DNA of 64,000 nucleotides from Chrysomallon squamiferum (taxonomy: Eukaryota > Animalia > Mollusca). The position numbers were made by a program, and so were the translations under genes. The notes beneath the pieces are model-generated. The model did not search any database. It was not told the DNA's origin and worked only from the letters and a program-made list of their open reading frames with translations. Positions 48,505-63,721 of the stretch are shown here, piece by piece. The stretch covers positions 7,440,001-7,504,000 of the forward strand of contig CM022679.1 in assembly GCA_012295275.1 (NCBI GenBank), given 5' to 3'. How positions within the stretch are numbered: position 1 is the stretch's first letter; every line of letters starts with the position of its first letter.

Positions 48505-51139
48505 TTAGTCTTTTATATTGATATTATTTGATCTTGTGTAACAGCAGCTGATTTTCCTTTCTATTGTTATTGTTTTGCACACTGACTCAACTATAGCTAG
48601 GTTTTGTTTCCTCTTGAGTTAAGTAACAAGGCCAGATTGGTTGAAAGGAGTGAAATCTGGTCATGATACTGGCTTGAAAATAATAATAATCATAATACTA
48701 ATAATAATAATAATAAAAACTTTTTTTTTTTTTTTTTTTTAAAATAATCAATTCTGTATATAATTTTATAAAACCTTTTCATTCATATATTCACATCAAA
48801 ACACAGACAAGAATAAATCACCAACAAATGTCAGAGAAATAACATAAAATGATGACAAGAACTAAACCTGTGTGTCTTTACGATTTTCTTCTATGATTTC
48901 AGACCATGTAGTATAGATGAATCTTATGAAAGGATTGATATTGTTCCTGACAACCCTCCAAAGCCCACAATTAACATCAGCAGTGATGTTCCTGTAAGCA
49001 AGCGGAGACACCCACTTGCGGAAGAGGAATTCAACCATTTCTTTGACTCCGATGGACGACTGGTTGATGAACATGGTCTGAGAAAAGCAGTGTTTTTAGG
49101 TAGATGAAAAATAATAATAATTATGTGTAAAGAACATGTAAGACATAATTAACTACATTTACACATAAGTTAGTCAGGTTAGAAAATCTGATGTTACATA
49201 TATATTTATTAAAACATATTTGCTTACTTTGTAATATTTGCAGTGCATATAATGATATATAGTAAATATTTGTTTGATTTATAAAGCATATTTATATCTG
49301 ATTTGTTGATATATTTAATTAAGTATTTTTGTAGTAAATTGATATTTGTTAACTGTATGTGAGATAAAATTGGATCTTTACTGTTGAGAAAATTATGGAA
49401 ATTAAATTTTGTAATATAATTTTGTTGCAGACAAATTATGCTGTAGTGTTTAACAACCAGCTTATGTTTTTTTTGTGTATTTTCTTAAAGTAATATTGTT
49501 TTTTGTTGATTTTAAATAAATATTTATGTTACAATGTAAAATTATTAAAATTAAATTTTATATTATATCATATATGTATGTAATATTGTAAATTTATTTT
49601 AATATTTTACTTTTTTTTTTTTTTTTTTTTCTTCTTTAAAAACAAGGTGGAATCGATCCTTCCATTAGAAAGACAGTGTGGAAGTTTCTCTTTGGATTAT
49701 ACCCCTGTACATCTACAACTAGGTATAAAGTTCTTGTAATTTAAAAATTAAAAAATCCACAAGTCAGCAAATCAAAATTCCTGGTTGTCTGGTTCATACA
49801 AAAACTTTAATTTACCCATATACAGTAAAGTATGCAATGTCTTCCTTTTATCAAATAAAATAAATAAATTAAAAACCTGTAATATGTGTTACTATTGTTA
49901 TCACTGTTTTATTCTTTCATTTTAACAATTATTAGCTTAAAACATGTGAATTACATGCTATGATGAAAGATATAGGTACAGTTTATAAACATAAGGATCA
50001 AAAGATAACATAATCTTGCTTTATACAAATGACTAGCTTTTGATTAATATTTTTTTCTAATGTTGTTTATCTTTTGTCCCTGACAACTAAAACATGTTTA
50101 ATTGCTGCTTACAGGGAGCGGGAAGCCATTTTGCTTGATTACATTGTTACATATAATGAATTAAAAGCAAGATGGAAGACCATGTTGATGATTACAGCTC
50201 CACCTGGAGGTAAATCAGTTTGCTGTAGTTCAGTTTTTAAGTTGATCTGTTGTCTTGCAAAAAATTATTTGTTAATATATCACATAGCCTAATTTTTTGT
50301 TTTTTGATTCAGACACCAAATTTAATTTTTCATTGTATTTTATATTTTTAAAATATTACAGTTTGAAGTCATAACCTATTCAGAGACTTCAGTGTAGGTC
50401 ACAACATATACACTAATTTAGGTAATATTTTTGAAAAAATTACCTGTCACAGTGGTTATACCATCAGTTTATGACTAATAAAAGTATTAGCCTCAATCTT
50501 AGTACCAGCTGCCACAAACAGTCCCTTGATTCTGTGCTCATAATAGTGCATCATAGTAACTTTATATTATTACCCTGCCAATGAAGCCCAACCGTATTTG
50601 GTACATTACTGTTACTGTTTCAAAAGTTTTATATTGGGTGTATGAATTTTTTGTCATGGTATATCATCTATATGTTGCAGTTAATAGTTTGTCTGGAAGA
50701 ATAATGTAAGAACAGTTATTTTCAAATATAACTCCATATCATATAGTTCCATATTATTAAATTCTGTTTTCAGTATAATTATACTTAATTTATATTTGGA
50801 GCTGTTATTCATAGACTTTGGGTTTTTTTAGCATCTCCAATAGAGCAAGGGTTGATTGCAAAATACCAAACACCAGAAGGGATGACTCCACCCTGCAGTC
50901 CAGACTGGTGTTCAGGGCAGCCTCCATTTGAAAATGGAGAAGCATCATCAGCCAATCACATCACAGCAGACTCAGTTGATCCAAAATTAGTTGCTGGAAC
51001 TGATCTGAATGATGATCTTGACAAACCTGAAATGAAACAGAAAATAGAATTTATGAAAATACAAGCACAGGTTGGTTTAAATATATAGAGTATTTAAATC
51101 ATTATTGTTGCTGTTGTTATTGTTATTATTATTATTTAC

Positions 51140-51179
<40 letters not shown>

Positions 51180-52620
51180 GCAGGATGGTCTTCAGATTGT
51201 TTTCCATTAATACAAATTAATTTTATAAAACAATCTTGGTGTTATCTGTCTTTATTTCATATTACATTTCCTTGATTGCATTTTCATGTGACATTGTTTC
51301 TTTATTTAGGTGTATGTAAATCGACACAAGATTGATGTGAATGATCTCAAATCTCATATACGGGTTATTGACAAAGATGTACCCAGGACAGATAGAGATA
51401 TAGAGTATTTCAAGTAAAACTTTTTTTTTTTATTATTGTTTAAACATTTCCTAATTTTTGATCAAAATGGATATTGTTTATCTCTGTCAGTCTATCTCTA
51501 TCTGTTGTGTCAATTTGTACAGTTATGTTAGCCTGTAGTAAATGTTGTTTTTATAAAGATGATTCAAGAATGTACATCATTTTGACTGAGTTTAATCACA
51601 GTATCATGAGTATGCAGTGTTTCAAATAGCATTCCCTTTATATGAAGTAATTTGGAGTGTTTAATTTGTATTGTTTGATTGATAATTTCACTTACAATTT
51701 AAGTAAAAGATTTATATTAACTAAGTTCACACACATTTTCCTACACATTTATACATATGCACACATGCATCATCTACCCAGCAACAAATGTTTTCAAATA
51801 AATATTAATAATTTACACTGTATTTTGTCTGTTTCAGAGGTAGAAACAATCCACATCTAACTCAGCTGCGAGAAATTTTAATCACTTTATCAGCTTACAA
51901 CCCTAAACTGGGATACGCTCAGGGAATGAATGACATCCTTTCTCGTTTTCTCTTTGTTATGGACTCAGAGGTACATTTTTTATTTTATTTTTTACTTTTC
52001 TTGTTAAAATAACCATTTGAAGTAGAAAAGCTGTAAAAATGAAAACTGAATGAGTACCTGTTTGCATTAGGAGAGGTGTGATTCATCCACACCATCATCA
52101 TCTCTTTGGATATTTATTAACTAACAAATTGACATATCTTCAGGTTCATTCTCTGTAGGTAAATATGGTTAAAAAAAATTGTTATGTCTCTATACTTACC
52201 CATGTAATCAGTTTTTACATGTATGTATAAAAAATTGTATTATATAAAAACAACTGATTTAGGTTGAGGTTTTCAAAAACCATATTATTTTTACATCTGT
52301 ACCTTCAATGACTTGTGTATTTGTATATATGTCTATGTCTGCATGCATTCATATTTGTTTATTTCATCACAGTATTTTGTTTTTACCTGTGTTTTAATTA
52401 CAGGTAGAAACGTATTGGTGTTTTAAACATTACATGGAAAGGATAGAAGAAGAGTTTTCAGAAGATGGAATGGTTAGAAAAATAGGTATCTGTCTCATCA
52501 AGTTATTACTAAACAAATATTCATGTTGTATAATCAAAAATATGCATAAATTAATTTGCCCACCAAAAACAATTTTATGTGTATAATTGTTATTAATATA
52601 GTAAAATATCTATCTATTAA

Positions 52621-52651
<31 letters not shown>

Positions 52652-54541
52652 ATATGTATGTATGTATAGACACACACACACTCACACAGATAGACAGATA
52701 GATAGATATATATGTAAAACTGTATTCGTTATTATATTTTTTAATATTGATATTTTTACATAATGAATTTTTGCCTAGTTTTTAATTTTTGTTTTCATTC
52801 TCATCTACTTCTTTAAATACTGTTTTGGATAGGTGTAAATAGATTTTACTATACATCTTAATATATTTTTAATCACTTAGAATATTCTGCTAATTGTTTA
52901 CTTGTGAAATACACATTATAAACAGAATTCGTTTTCTTATATCCGATTATTTGTCATGAATTCTCTAAACTTTACCACTGGCTTTTTCACCTAGACTTAG
53001 TACGCATGCTTCTGGGAGAGGTAGATCCAGCATTGTTGGAACACTTTGAAACTTACGATCTGGGAAATCTCTACTTTTGTCACAGGTGAGATTTTGTGGT
53101 TTATCTTAGACATCATTTGAATATTATAAACCATCTTAGAGTTCAGAATTATGAAGATTATTTTCCTTTTTATAATTTTTGTTGTTGTTTTTTTGATTAT
53201 GAATATTATTACGAGTTAGTCTTGTGAATCTGCTATGACAGTATGAAATAAAAAAATCTACTACTGTTACACTTTACATTAATAATGAGCAGCCAGAAAT
53301 CTTTTTTCTGCTGTTTACTATACAGAGAAGTCTGAAATACAGTTGAAAATATTTTGTATTTATTTATGTTTATATATTTTGGTTTTAATTTTCACATATA
53401 TCAAATTTGTTGCAGATGGCTTTTGCTGGGTTTCAAGCGAGAGTTTGAGTTTCAAGATTCACTTCGATGTTTTGAAATTCTCTCTAGTCACCACTTGGAA
53501 CTCTCCTCATTAGAGGCAGAAAAAGCACTGATGAAGGAGGAAAGAGCAGAGTTTGAAAATACAGGTCCCACAGAGTTCTCTTACTTTGTTTCTCACTTAC
53601 TTGATTTATATAATTTTTTGCTCTTAAAATTAGTTTAGGGTTCAACCAGTCTGGTATCATTTCTTTGTTCTTTGTAGTAGTATATGTCTATGTGTATGTA
53701 ATATTTTTTCACATATTTGTTATTTCAAAGTTGCATTAAGTGTGTCTGTGTTTGGCTTTGTGTATCTGTATATTTCATGTAACACACACACACATATATG
53801 TGCAGTCACACACATAACAGATAAATAAATATTTATAACAAACATACACACATACATGTATGTATATATATGAAAGAAACTAGAAGTTGTAGGTTTACTC
53901 TAGCACATTTTCTCTATATTTTTGTTGTCTGCAGGTGGAGACACTCGTACCACACAGTTACCACAAAAGGAGTACACGTTTGAAGTGTTCATGTGTACTG
54001 CACTTCTCATGGAGTTCAGAGATGATTTGTTCAAGTGTACAGACACTGGGATGGTTTTTACTTGTGTTAACAGGTTTCATTAAAACATTTATATATTAAC
54101 ATGTACTGTTGTATCTGATTTCAATAATGATATAAATATATATTTGTAAAAATCCAGGTTTAAACTTCAGTATGGCTGATACATTGTGGGTTTTTTGTTT
54201 TAGTGGTTCATGAAAATTAAAAAAGCATTTGTTAACAACTTGTAATTACATGAAAATATACTACTAGCATTTTATTTTATTTTATTTTATTTATTTATTC
54301 TTTCTTTCTTTCTTTCTTTCATTCATTGTTTCAGTTTATTTTTTATTTTTTTATTTGTTTATTAATTAATTAATTTATTTACTGTTCTTTCAGCCTCAAG
54401 ATTGAACTGGAGACTATCCTGACAAAATCCGAAAGATTATTTTTCACTTACTGCAAGAAAACAGTAGAAGACAGTTTCCACATGGTTGAAAAAACTGACT
54501 GCTTGCAGTACAAACCATCTTCACTGTTAGCAAATACCTGA
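47691..54541 (+). CDS. TBC-domain Rab GTPase-activating protein (TBC1D15/16/17/25-like), 12 exons, 490 aa
   Basis: Exons 47691-47710, 48903-49099, 49647-49722, 50115-50209, 50832-51070, 51310-51413, 51838-51970, 52404-52485, 52995-53085, 53416-53564, 53935-54073, 54394-54541 (1473 nt, all in phase). Motifs: GGIDPSIRKTVWKFLFG, arginine finger IDKDVPRTDR, glutamine finger GYAQGMND, FCHRWLLLGFKREF. The 20-nt first exon and the donor at 53565 are less certain. Confidence 0.9.
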
Positions 54542-57500
54542 AAGCAATATCATCACTGACATTGTACACCTCCCTACTTCAAAAAAACAACAACACTGTT
54601 GTCTGGATAAATTAGAAGATCATAATGAATTCATCCATTCATTTTCATAATGAATTCATTTAAAAAAAAGAAGAAGAAAAGAGCAATATAAGAGTCAAAC
54701 ATCCCAGTTTATGTTTTTTTGAAATTTTCTTAAATTTTACTCCCTCATCAGTGACAGATTTTTATGTCCTGTGTTTTAAAGTTTAGTGTGAATGTGGGGG
54801 GTTGTGCAAATCAGCTTTCCATCCTCTGACATCTTTTACTCATCATAAAGCTGATGTGTTTTATTGTTTTTATATTTAATGGGGGTACAGGGTGAGAGTC
54901 AGTTACATTTTTTTCTCACTGCAAGAAGTACATTAATATAAGCTCAGGAAGTGCCAAGTCAATGATATCAAATAAAAAACTCACAACCGAGTTTTGCTGG
55001 GAATAAAAATCAATAAATCTTGAAAATATATACTTACATTCACTGAACCATATGTCTTCATCTTTTGTTTAGTGCCAATATACAAATTTATATTTATTTT
55101 TGTAATATACATGAGAAAAGCAGTGTTCTGTAGTTTTATTTATTATTACAAATTATTTGCTATAAAGGTGGTGCTATAAATGTTGCTTTATTCAGAGCTA
55201 AAAAAGTAAGTATTGTATTTCTTCTAGTCAGTATTTTAAATCCTATCATTTTTATTAAGAAAACAAGGCCAGTTAAATTGCAAATCATTTTTTGCTTAAC
55301 AACTGATGATCTTTTCAAAGCTGGCAGTCATATTTTTTAAAATTACATATTTTAATTGATTTTAAAAGATTAATGATGGAAAAGAACAGTCCTCAGTTAT
55401 ATCCAGTACTGAAATATGTAATTATTACTTGCAATATTAAAATTGAATATGATTGGTAAATAGGATCTTTTTTTTTCTTTTTTTTTTTCAAAGTTAGCTA
55501 ATTTAATGTTTTAAAATTTTATAATAACAATATATTATTTCTATGTAAATATATGTAACAGATATTCAGTTTAAAACTTCTAAAAGCGAATTTTTTTAAA
55601 TAATTTTTTGCACACACAGATTGAATAAATAGTGATTATTACTTTATTATTTATAATTAATACCTCTATTTATAAGAAAAAAAAAATTCTAATCAGTTTT
55701 ATAAGTTAAAACATTTCTATATTGTATATATTTCTGAAGAGGAAACAGTTGTTCCTTTTTGCTTTCAAACACATTTGTGGTTTCAGTCATATACAAATAT
55801 AATGGACTATATTCCTTTGAATGCAATATGTGCAATATTATTATTACATGCAATTATTTTATAGAAACATAACACAGGTTAGTAAATTTTGTGTGTTGAT
55901 ATTACATATTCATGGAAAGAAAGCAAGAATTTTTAAATTATATATTTGCATTTTTTTAAATTTTTTTTAATATGAAGCATTTAACACACCATCATCAGCT
56001 TGTGAATCATGGTTCAAAGAACAGTATTAATTTTTGTTTTGTATTTTGATTTTTATTGTATACTGGTTGGTTATGTGAACTGGCACAGCTACAGTGATGG
56101 GGATATTAGTTGTTTTGCAGAAATAACTCATAAATTTCTGTTTTTATATATATTGCCTTATATTGTAAAAAGACACTGTTTTCTTTAAAACATTTTTTTT
56201 TTAATGTAAATTTTAGTATACATGATATTATAGTCACTTTTGTAATATACACAATATTTCTTAATGTAAATTATTATTATTTTTTAAAATGTGCTCATCT
56301 TTATACATTTATCTTTATTATAGGTTTAAGATTATCATTTTGTTTCTTTTAAGTGCTTTGCATATTTGAAATAAATCTTGTTTATTTTTGTCATTTTTGC
56401 ATGCACACAGAATTTTTTAAAAGTAATTCATTAAGTATCAAATTTCAAATGTAACTGTCCTGATTTTAAAGTAAAAAAAATTAATATATTGTTAAAAATA
56501 TATTTTAATAATGCCATTTATTGCACTTTCAAACATAAATATTGGTAAGCAGTTACACCAACATTTTTATATCATTATTTTGAAGTTTTAAATTAAGATT
56601 AATGTTTTAGGGATATCAGCTAATAAAAATATTTAAAATTATGTAAATGTGTTTAAACACCACGCTTTAAAATATTTTTATATGTCAGCCACATAAACTT
56701 TTCCCTGACTAAAACAATAGAAGATAATTGAAATATTTTAACTAGCTGTACAAGGATATGAATTAAAATCGACAAACAAAGTAAGTTTCTACAGATTGTT
56801 CTGCTGAAATATCAAAGTGTCGCAACAAACTACTGAATACTAAAATGGGAAATAAAGACATTACATTTTTAATGCTTTTCTCTTTTTTCACTTTATTTAA
56901 TTTAATTTTATGTTTATTATGAAAAATGACATATATTTACAACAATCTTTGGTTTAAAAATACTGTTTGCATAAATGGCATCTTAAAAACAAGCTACTAA
57001 CAAAATTACTTTGGAACAGAAATGGTAAGTATCATACAATCACCTGTTTCTCAAATAAAAAAATGTTTGAATTTTAAAATACTAATTAAATATGGGTTCT
57101 CTTATCTATTTAAAATATATATAATTATGTTAACAGCATAGTAATATGTCTGCTAAACACTGATTTATTTTCCTCTAAAACTGTATTTAAGTTAATAAAA
57201 CCAAATTGTTGGTCAACTGTGATTCTGGTTTATTACATATTTATACGCCTAAATATGTAGTAAAATACAGAAAGAAAAATTACTAAACTATTCAAAAGAT
57301 ACAACAGGATTCCAAAAATAAAAAAAAAAAAAAGAAGAAAACATTCAACATACTAACATGTATATTCTTTTTTTCTTTTTTCCAGAATTATTATGATTTA
57401 AAATTATGACATTTGGCAGACAAAAAGGAAAACATATTTATTTTTAAAAATATGACAATAGATATTTCTTCAAAGATGCTGTATCAACTGTTTATAATGA

Positions 57501-57751
57501 GAATGGAAAATGAATTTCATGTTTACCAAATGTATTTTAACATTTAACATATTTAATAATAAATGATTCTTAATATTTCAATCAAAATTTGTTTACAGTC
57601 ATTTTTGTGGTGCCTGATCATCATTTATAAAAAAATATATCACATTTTTAACATTTAGTATTTACATAGCAGCAAATGTTTCACTGAAATGTGTTAATAG
57701 TTTTTTCTTTCTGTAAGTCATTCTTATCCTGTAACTGAGTAACTGATCACA

Positions 57752-60700
57752 TTAGATCGGACAGTCATATATGTGTATTGCACGGTCATCAGAAACTGAA
57801 ACAATTTTTGTTCCCTGTGTGTTATATTTAGTATTCCACACCTGAAAGAAAAAAGCAAAAACAATCAGTACATATTAAATAAAACTTTCAACTAAATTGT
57901 TCTTTTTATATGATAGAAAGTGAAACTGACCATATGTATTAAATTATGCATATAATATACTGAAAAAGCATATTATCTTTACAGTCTTGACAGTTTATGT
58001 CTAGGCAAACAATGACATCAATATTATTCTGATATTAATACTTATTTATAGGTATAATATATCCAAACACCACAAAATAATTAGTAATGGTATTTATCTA
58101 ATATACTTCTTAAGTTTAATATTACTTTAATTCTGCATTGACATTTCATGGCTAAGTTATTTTCAGAAACTAATTAATAATAAATAGTCAGAGACACTGA
58201 AAAAATGAAAACCTTTTAAACATTTTAAACTCTAACCTGGTCTGAATGTTCATGAAATGTGTGTACACATTGTCTTGATCCTGCATCCCAAACCTTCACT
58301 GTTTTATCTGATGATCTGTGAAAATAACAGTTATACACACATACAACTTTATTTTCTAAATAAACTCAAAAGTTATCATATAGTTAAAGTCTAATGTATC
58401 AACCAATTTTTTTAAGGAAATCATTTTAACATGTTTAAATTAAAAAAGTTATAATGAATTATTTAAGTTATTTGTAAGTTAGCATTCTCTGAATAAAACC
58501 AAATTACTCATAAATTCATTTAAAACAAATGGTTGAAAGAAAGATCATTGATCACTGGGAAAATGAATTCTGGTAAATCTACAGGAGATTAAAATTAGTA
58601 TAATCAGTGACACAGAAACCAAATGAATTAAACATCTAAAATTATATTAAAACAGGTTTGGATACAGAAAGGTAAATAAAATAAGAAATCCCGAGGATTA
58701 AAAATAAAACCATTTCACAGTTTAACATTAAATTAGTTCCACTTCTTATTCTATGATACATATTAAAGTTGTTATTCACATGTGATGCCTGGAGATAGCA
58801 TCTGGATCTTTATAATTTTGTTGTGATTTTTTACTTACCCTGTGACAAAGTGGGTGTTGTCAGAGCAGAAGTCTACACTGAGAACCCAGTCTCCATGACC
58901 TGATAATGTTCCTGCAGGATTAGCATGTTGACTTCAAAACAAACAAAAAATACAAAATGTATTATAAAAAGTCATAACAAGCATGCTGACATTAAAAAAA
59001 AGAAAACAAAAACAGAAGTATTAGACACATTATTTATAAAAAGTCAGAATAAAAAGGCTGTTAACACTGATGCTACATATATTTAGGGGGTTTTTTTGTT
59101 TTGTTTTTCACACATTAGAATAAACAGAAATTTACAAATGTATGCACATTCCAATGAAAACAAAATTTAACAAGACAAAGGAATAAGGAAAGGTTTTTAC
59201 TGTTTACAGTTATAAAAAATAAATATATATGAAAATATACATCCAACAAGGAAACACAAAACTTCAAATATGAATATTTATCAACCAATTTAAAATACTT
59301 TTTTTGTTTTTTAATTATCATTTCATTTCATTCTATTATGAGACAACTTACACATCATAAAGTTTTATGTGGCTGTCGTCTGACACTGTGACAAGCAGCT
59401 GAGAGTCAGGAGAAAAACACAGAGATCTGATAGGCATCGCATGACCTGTAAGTAAATTAACATTTACACTGAATTGTCACTAACTGGCAAAGTTATATAG
59501 TCCTTTGATATATTTTAACTCCTCAAAAACAAAAAAAAGGTACAAAAAAAAAAAAAAAAAATCAATAAAATGAAATGAAATTGAATCAAATCAAATCAGA
59601 TCAATAAATAAAAAAACAATAAATAAATAAATAAAAAAAAAAAAAAAACACAATAATAATAAAAATAAAAAAACACAATAAAATTAAATTAAAAAACACA
59701 AAAAACCCAATAAAGAAGTGAAATGAAATAAAATAAAATAATAAATAAATAGAAATATTAAAACTATACTACTTGGTAACAAAAAAAAGAAGAATTTTTC
59801 ATTATTTAAAATCCAGAATTAATCACAGGTAACATTAACTTATATTTTAGTTACATAAAAAAATTGATACATATATTGCCATTGCTACTGTTTTCATCAT
59901 AACAAGATTATGATAAGATAATTTTAAAATATTTCAAAGCTTTTCTAGTCCCCATTCATTCTGTTTAAGAGAACACTGAAGTAATTTATTAAATTAGTAC
60001 CCCTATTAACCTAAAATCTACCAAATTAACCTTTCATCTTTAGAAAACTAACATTAAGCAATACACTAGCTTTTACATTAAAACCAACACAAAATATATG
60101 TTTTAAGTTGTATAATATTTTAAATAATTTATTAATAATATTTAAAACTTATTTAAAATATTATATAAAAAAAAAAAAAATTGTGATGTGCTTCAGTAAA
60201 CTGATAATTCAATACAAACCAACCTTCTAATGTGTGTATTAGTTTTCCTGTTGTGATATCAAAAATATTCACAATTCCATCTAAAGCTCCTGAGGCTATA
60301 AACCTTCCATCTGGACTCTGATAAAAAAAACAAAAAAACAAACATTTTAATTCAGAAAACTTTCAACAAATATATTGCCATATAATATGTTTGTCTCAGG
60401 GAAAATAATGGACCACTTATAAAATTCACAAAATCAAAAGAGAGTCAGGATATTATTTTGATAACCTTGCATGTGCCATGTCACCAAGTCAGAAGTTAAA
60501 TAAATGTTGCCTTTTAAAAATACAGTTTGTTTGTCATTTATGTAGTATTTATTGAAGACGATTAAAAATTTTTGATGAAAGTGATTTGTCAATTAATTAT
60601 AGATGATCACTCAAAAGAATTGTGTTTAGATTATTTACGTATCTGTCCACTTCAACTGAATTTTAAATAAATGCTTTAACAGTTTTGATGATTTTAACTT

Positions 60701-63700
60701 GGTTACAAAACTCAGTAGTTAAAAAAGTCCAGTCTATTGAAAGGATTTTTCTATCAATATCATGATCACATCCATTTAAGATTCAAAGCCAGACAAAGAA
60801 ATCATCCATTTTGCATTACCACTGACAAAAGCATTCACTTACATATGCAACACTTAAAGTAAATTTACACCGAGTATCAAGAGAGGTTTCTTTTCTTCCT
60901 GAGTCAATACCAAACAAGTTGATTTTTCCTGTGTGACTTCCAGCAGCAAGAAACCTGGAGTCAGGTGATATAACAATTGTCCAAGCATCGACTGAAAGTG
61001 ATAAAACAGAGTAAACAGAAATAAGTATTGAGATACATAATCGCACTGTTACCAAAAACATTTTCCCAGAACACATTAATACCATCTCTTTTAAATTAAT
61101 ATTAATAATGTTGTTTTTCTTCTGATGTATTTATATATTTATCAGAACATGCTAAGAACCAAAATAAACAGCATTTTAAAAGAATTTAAAATTTTAAATA
61201 ATGGTATATCAGTGGGAAAAGAGAATGAAATGGAATGAGAGAGAGAGAAACAAAATGTGAATGAAAGAAAGAAATATAAATTATCTCACAGGTGAGTGTC
61301 TGGTTTAGAACTGTGCAAATGATTTACCTGGACCAGCATCAATGCTTTTGGCAAGTTTTCCTCCTTCCAGATCCCAAACTTTAATGTGTCCATCTAAACT
61401 TGCAGAGCAAGCCACTGTCAGTGTTAAGAAATAAATACCTTGAATCAAAACTTCAACAGACAGTATCTAAATATGTTGAAAAATTTGGTATTTTGTTGTT
61501 GTTGTTTTTTTTCATTTTATTATTATTATTATTTACTAACTTTTTTTTAAATTTATTTATTTATTTATAATTAAAGTTTTTAATAATCCTGCTAATAAAT
61601 GGTCCAAATTGTTAAAAAAAACTCAAATTGCAATGCTGTATAATTATTGGCTTTCTTTATCAATAGCAAATTGAATGCATGTGTTACAACAACATTATTG
61701 GATCTCAGTATTAACGATTATATATTAAGGGATATATCTGACAGGTTCAAAGAACAAATCTACTAATCTGATGTCTTATCAACAGAAGAGTAATTCTCAC
61801 TTAATCATCTCTGAAACTGTAAATAGTTTAATGGATGTACCAAACATAAAGTTTTGTAATTACTGTTCAGTGACTAACTCCTGACTGAAATCAGTTATAT
61901 GTTCAGATAATTACACTGCTATATTGTGTAAATAGTAAGTTTAAGACAGCGTATAAAATAACAAAAAATAATTGAACTGTAATAAAAAAGAATGAGACAG
62001 AATAATAATTAATCTTATAATAATGGTTATTTTTAATATATGTAAAATACAAGGATACCAGTTCCTTCTGGGTTGATGTCAACTGACAGAACACCAAGCT
62101 GGTGTCCTTCTAACACATGTCTTAGTTCTAACTTGTCATCACTCCTGAAAGATATACAAAATTACAGAAAACAGTTCACGCTAAATCTAATTTACTGGAA
62201 TATTAAATCATTAATGAATTGCTAAATACTATGACAAGAAAGTTGTATGCTTTTATTCTTTCTTTATTATCATCAATGGTTGGTTTCTGTTTTCTTATTT
62301 GTTTGTTTCTGGCTGGTTCATGAAATCCACTTACGGTACAAGTTTGTATCACTACAAGTAAATTCTAAGTATTAGTATTACTAATTTAGTATTTACATTT
62401 CTGTTTAAAAAATAAATAACATACCATTTCCATACTTTCACTGTATCATCTAGTGAACCTGTAACAATGTTTTCAGTGCCCTCTTTTTCATTTCGTGCCC
62501 AGGCACAACTCCAAATACTATCATCATGTGCTGTATAAATATGAAATTAAAATGTAAACATTGAATGAATGGGTAACTTTAACATCTAAACATCAAATGT
62601 ATTGAAATCATTTTTCAAGTTTTTTTCTTTCCATCTTTATTATTATTTATTTATAACTGTTATTATTATTTTTATTTTATCATAATAATAATAATAATAA
62701 TAATAATATCAATTTATAAATTTTGTATTTAATATATTAATGTTCATATACCATTTAAGAATGTTATTAAGATCTGATTATTTAAGTCATTAAGTGATAT
62801 ACATTTACATATTAATTAAAATAATTTAAAATGTCAGAAATAACTTAAGAGTATTTTATTTTTATTCTGTAATTTAATTTTAAAAATAAATTATAATCTT
62901 AATGTTTGTTTTGTTAAAATATTAGTACTGAACACAAATTATGAAAATTACCTTGCTCTTGCTTAAACACTATGGAATACTGAAAAATAATTAATAACGA
63001 ATATGGATTAAAAAAGAAAATTATCTATATTTTACAAATGTCAATACTATTGCAATTTTAACACATGATAAGGTACGGTGTAACTGAGGAATTAAATTAC
63101 ACAACCCTGTCATCTGCTTGGAAAATAGAGCCATATAGGCGTATATGTTATAATAATGCCAATATCATTTCAACAACAGCTTGCGTTAAATTAAATCTAT
63201 ATTCTAAAATAAATTCAGAGTTAAATATTAACGCTGCCAGAAACCGAGTAAAAACGATATAAAAATACACACGAAAACACAAAAATCTTCATTACGAATG
63301 TTTACTTTCCATTTTCAAAACTTTGCATTAGTGATGTTTATTAGTTAAAAAGAAATCGGAACAGACATATCTACATGTCATATGTAAGTGGTTTTGGACA
63401 AAAAGATATATTATAATCATAATACCGAACTCATCTTTCAGTGTACAGGATCAGCGGTTTGTTGTCCACAAAACATGTACCGATAGAGTTATTCTATATT
63501 CACCTTTGCATGGAATGGGATGAAATTTAAATATTCAAGTAAAAAGAAACTGAAATAAATTTGAAGTATCTTCTATAATAATTAATCTATTACTTTTTAA
63601 CTGTGAAGGGCATTTAAATATATTATAAACGGGAACTGAATTTTATTCAAATAATATTTTTGTATCAATCCTCTTTCGGAATAAATAACACTTTCTTTAC

Positions 63701-63721
63701 AATTCCGGTAGCACCTGTCAT
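57752..63721 (-). CDS. WDR61: WD repeat-containing protein 61 (Ski8/SKIC8; SKI and PAF1 complex subunit), 11 exons, 308 aa
   Basis: Exons 63721-63701, 62979-62952, 62530-62425, 62144-62059, 61414-61328, 60991-60843, 60317-60224, 59445-59352, 58931-58839, 58315-58237, 57841-57752 (927 nt). Recognisable peptides: [49 protein letters not shown]-terminal IHIYDCPI*. The first exon (MTGATGI) is inferred from gccATG context and a phase-0 donor. Confidence 0.95.

Noticed and set aside
63065-63312. ORF 63065-63262 and a minus-strand ATG at 63312 as the WDR61 start
   Set aside because: The ORF is antisense intronic. The 63312 ATG hits a stop after 6 codons, while 63721 gives better context and a phase-0 donor.
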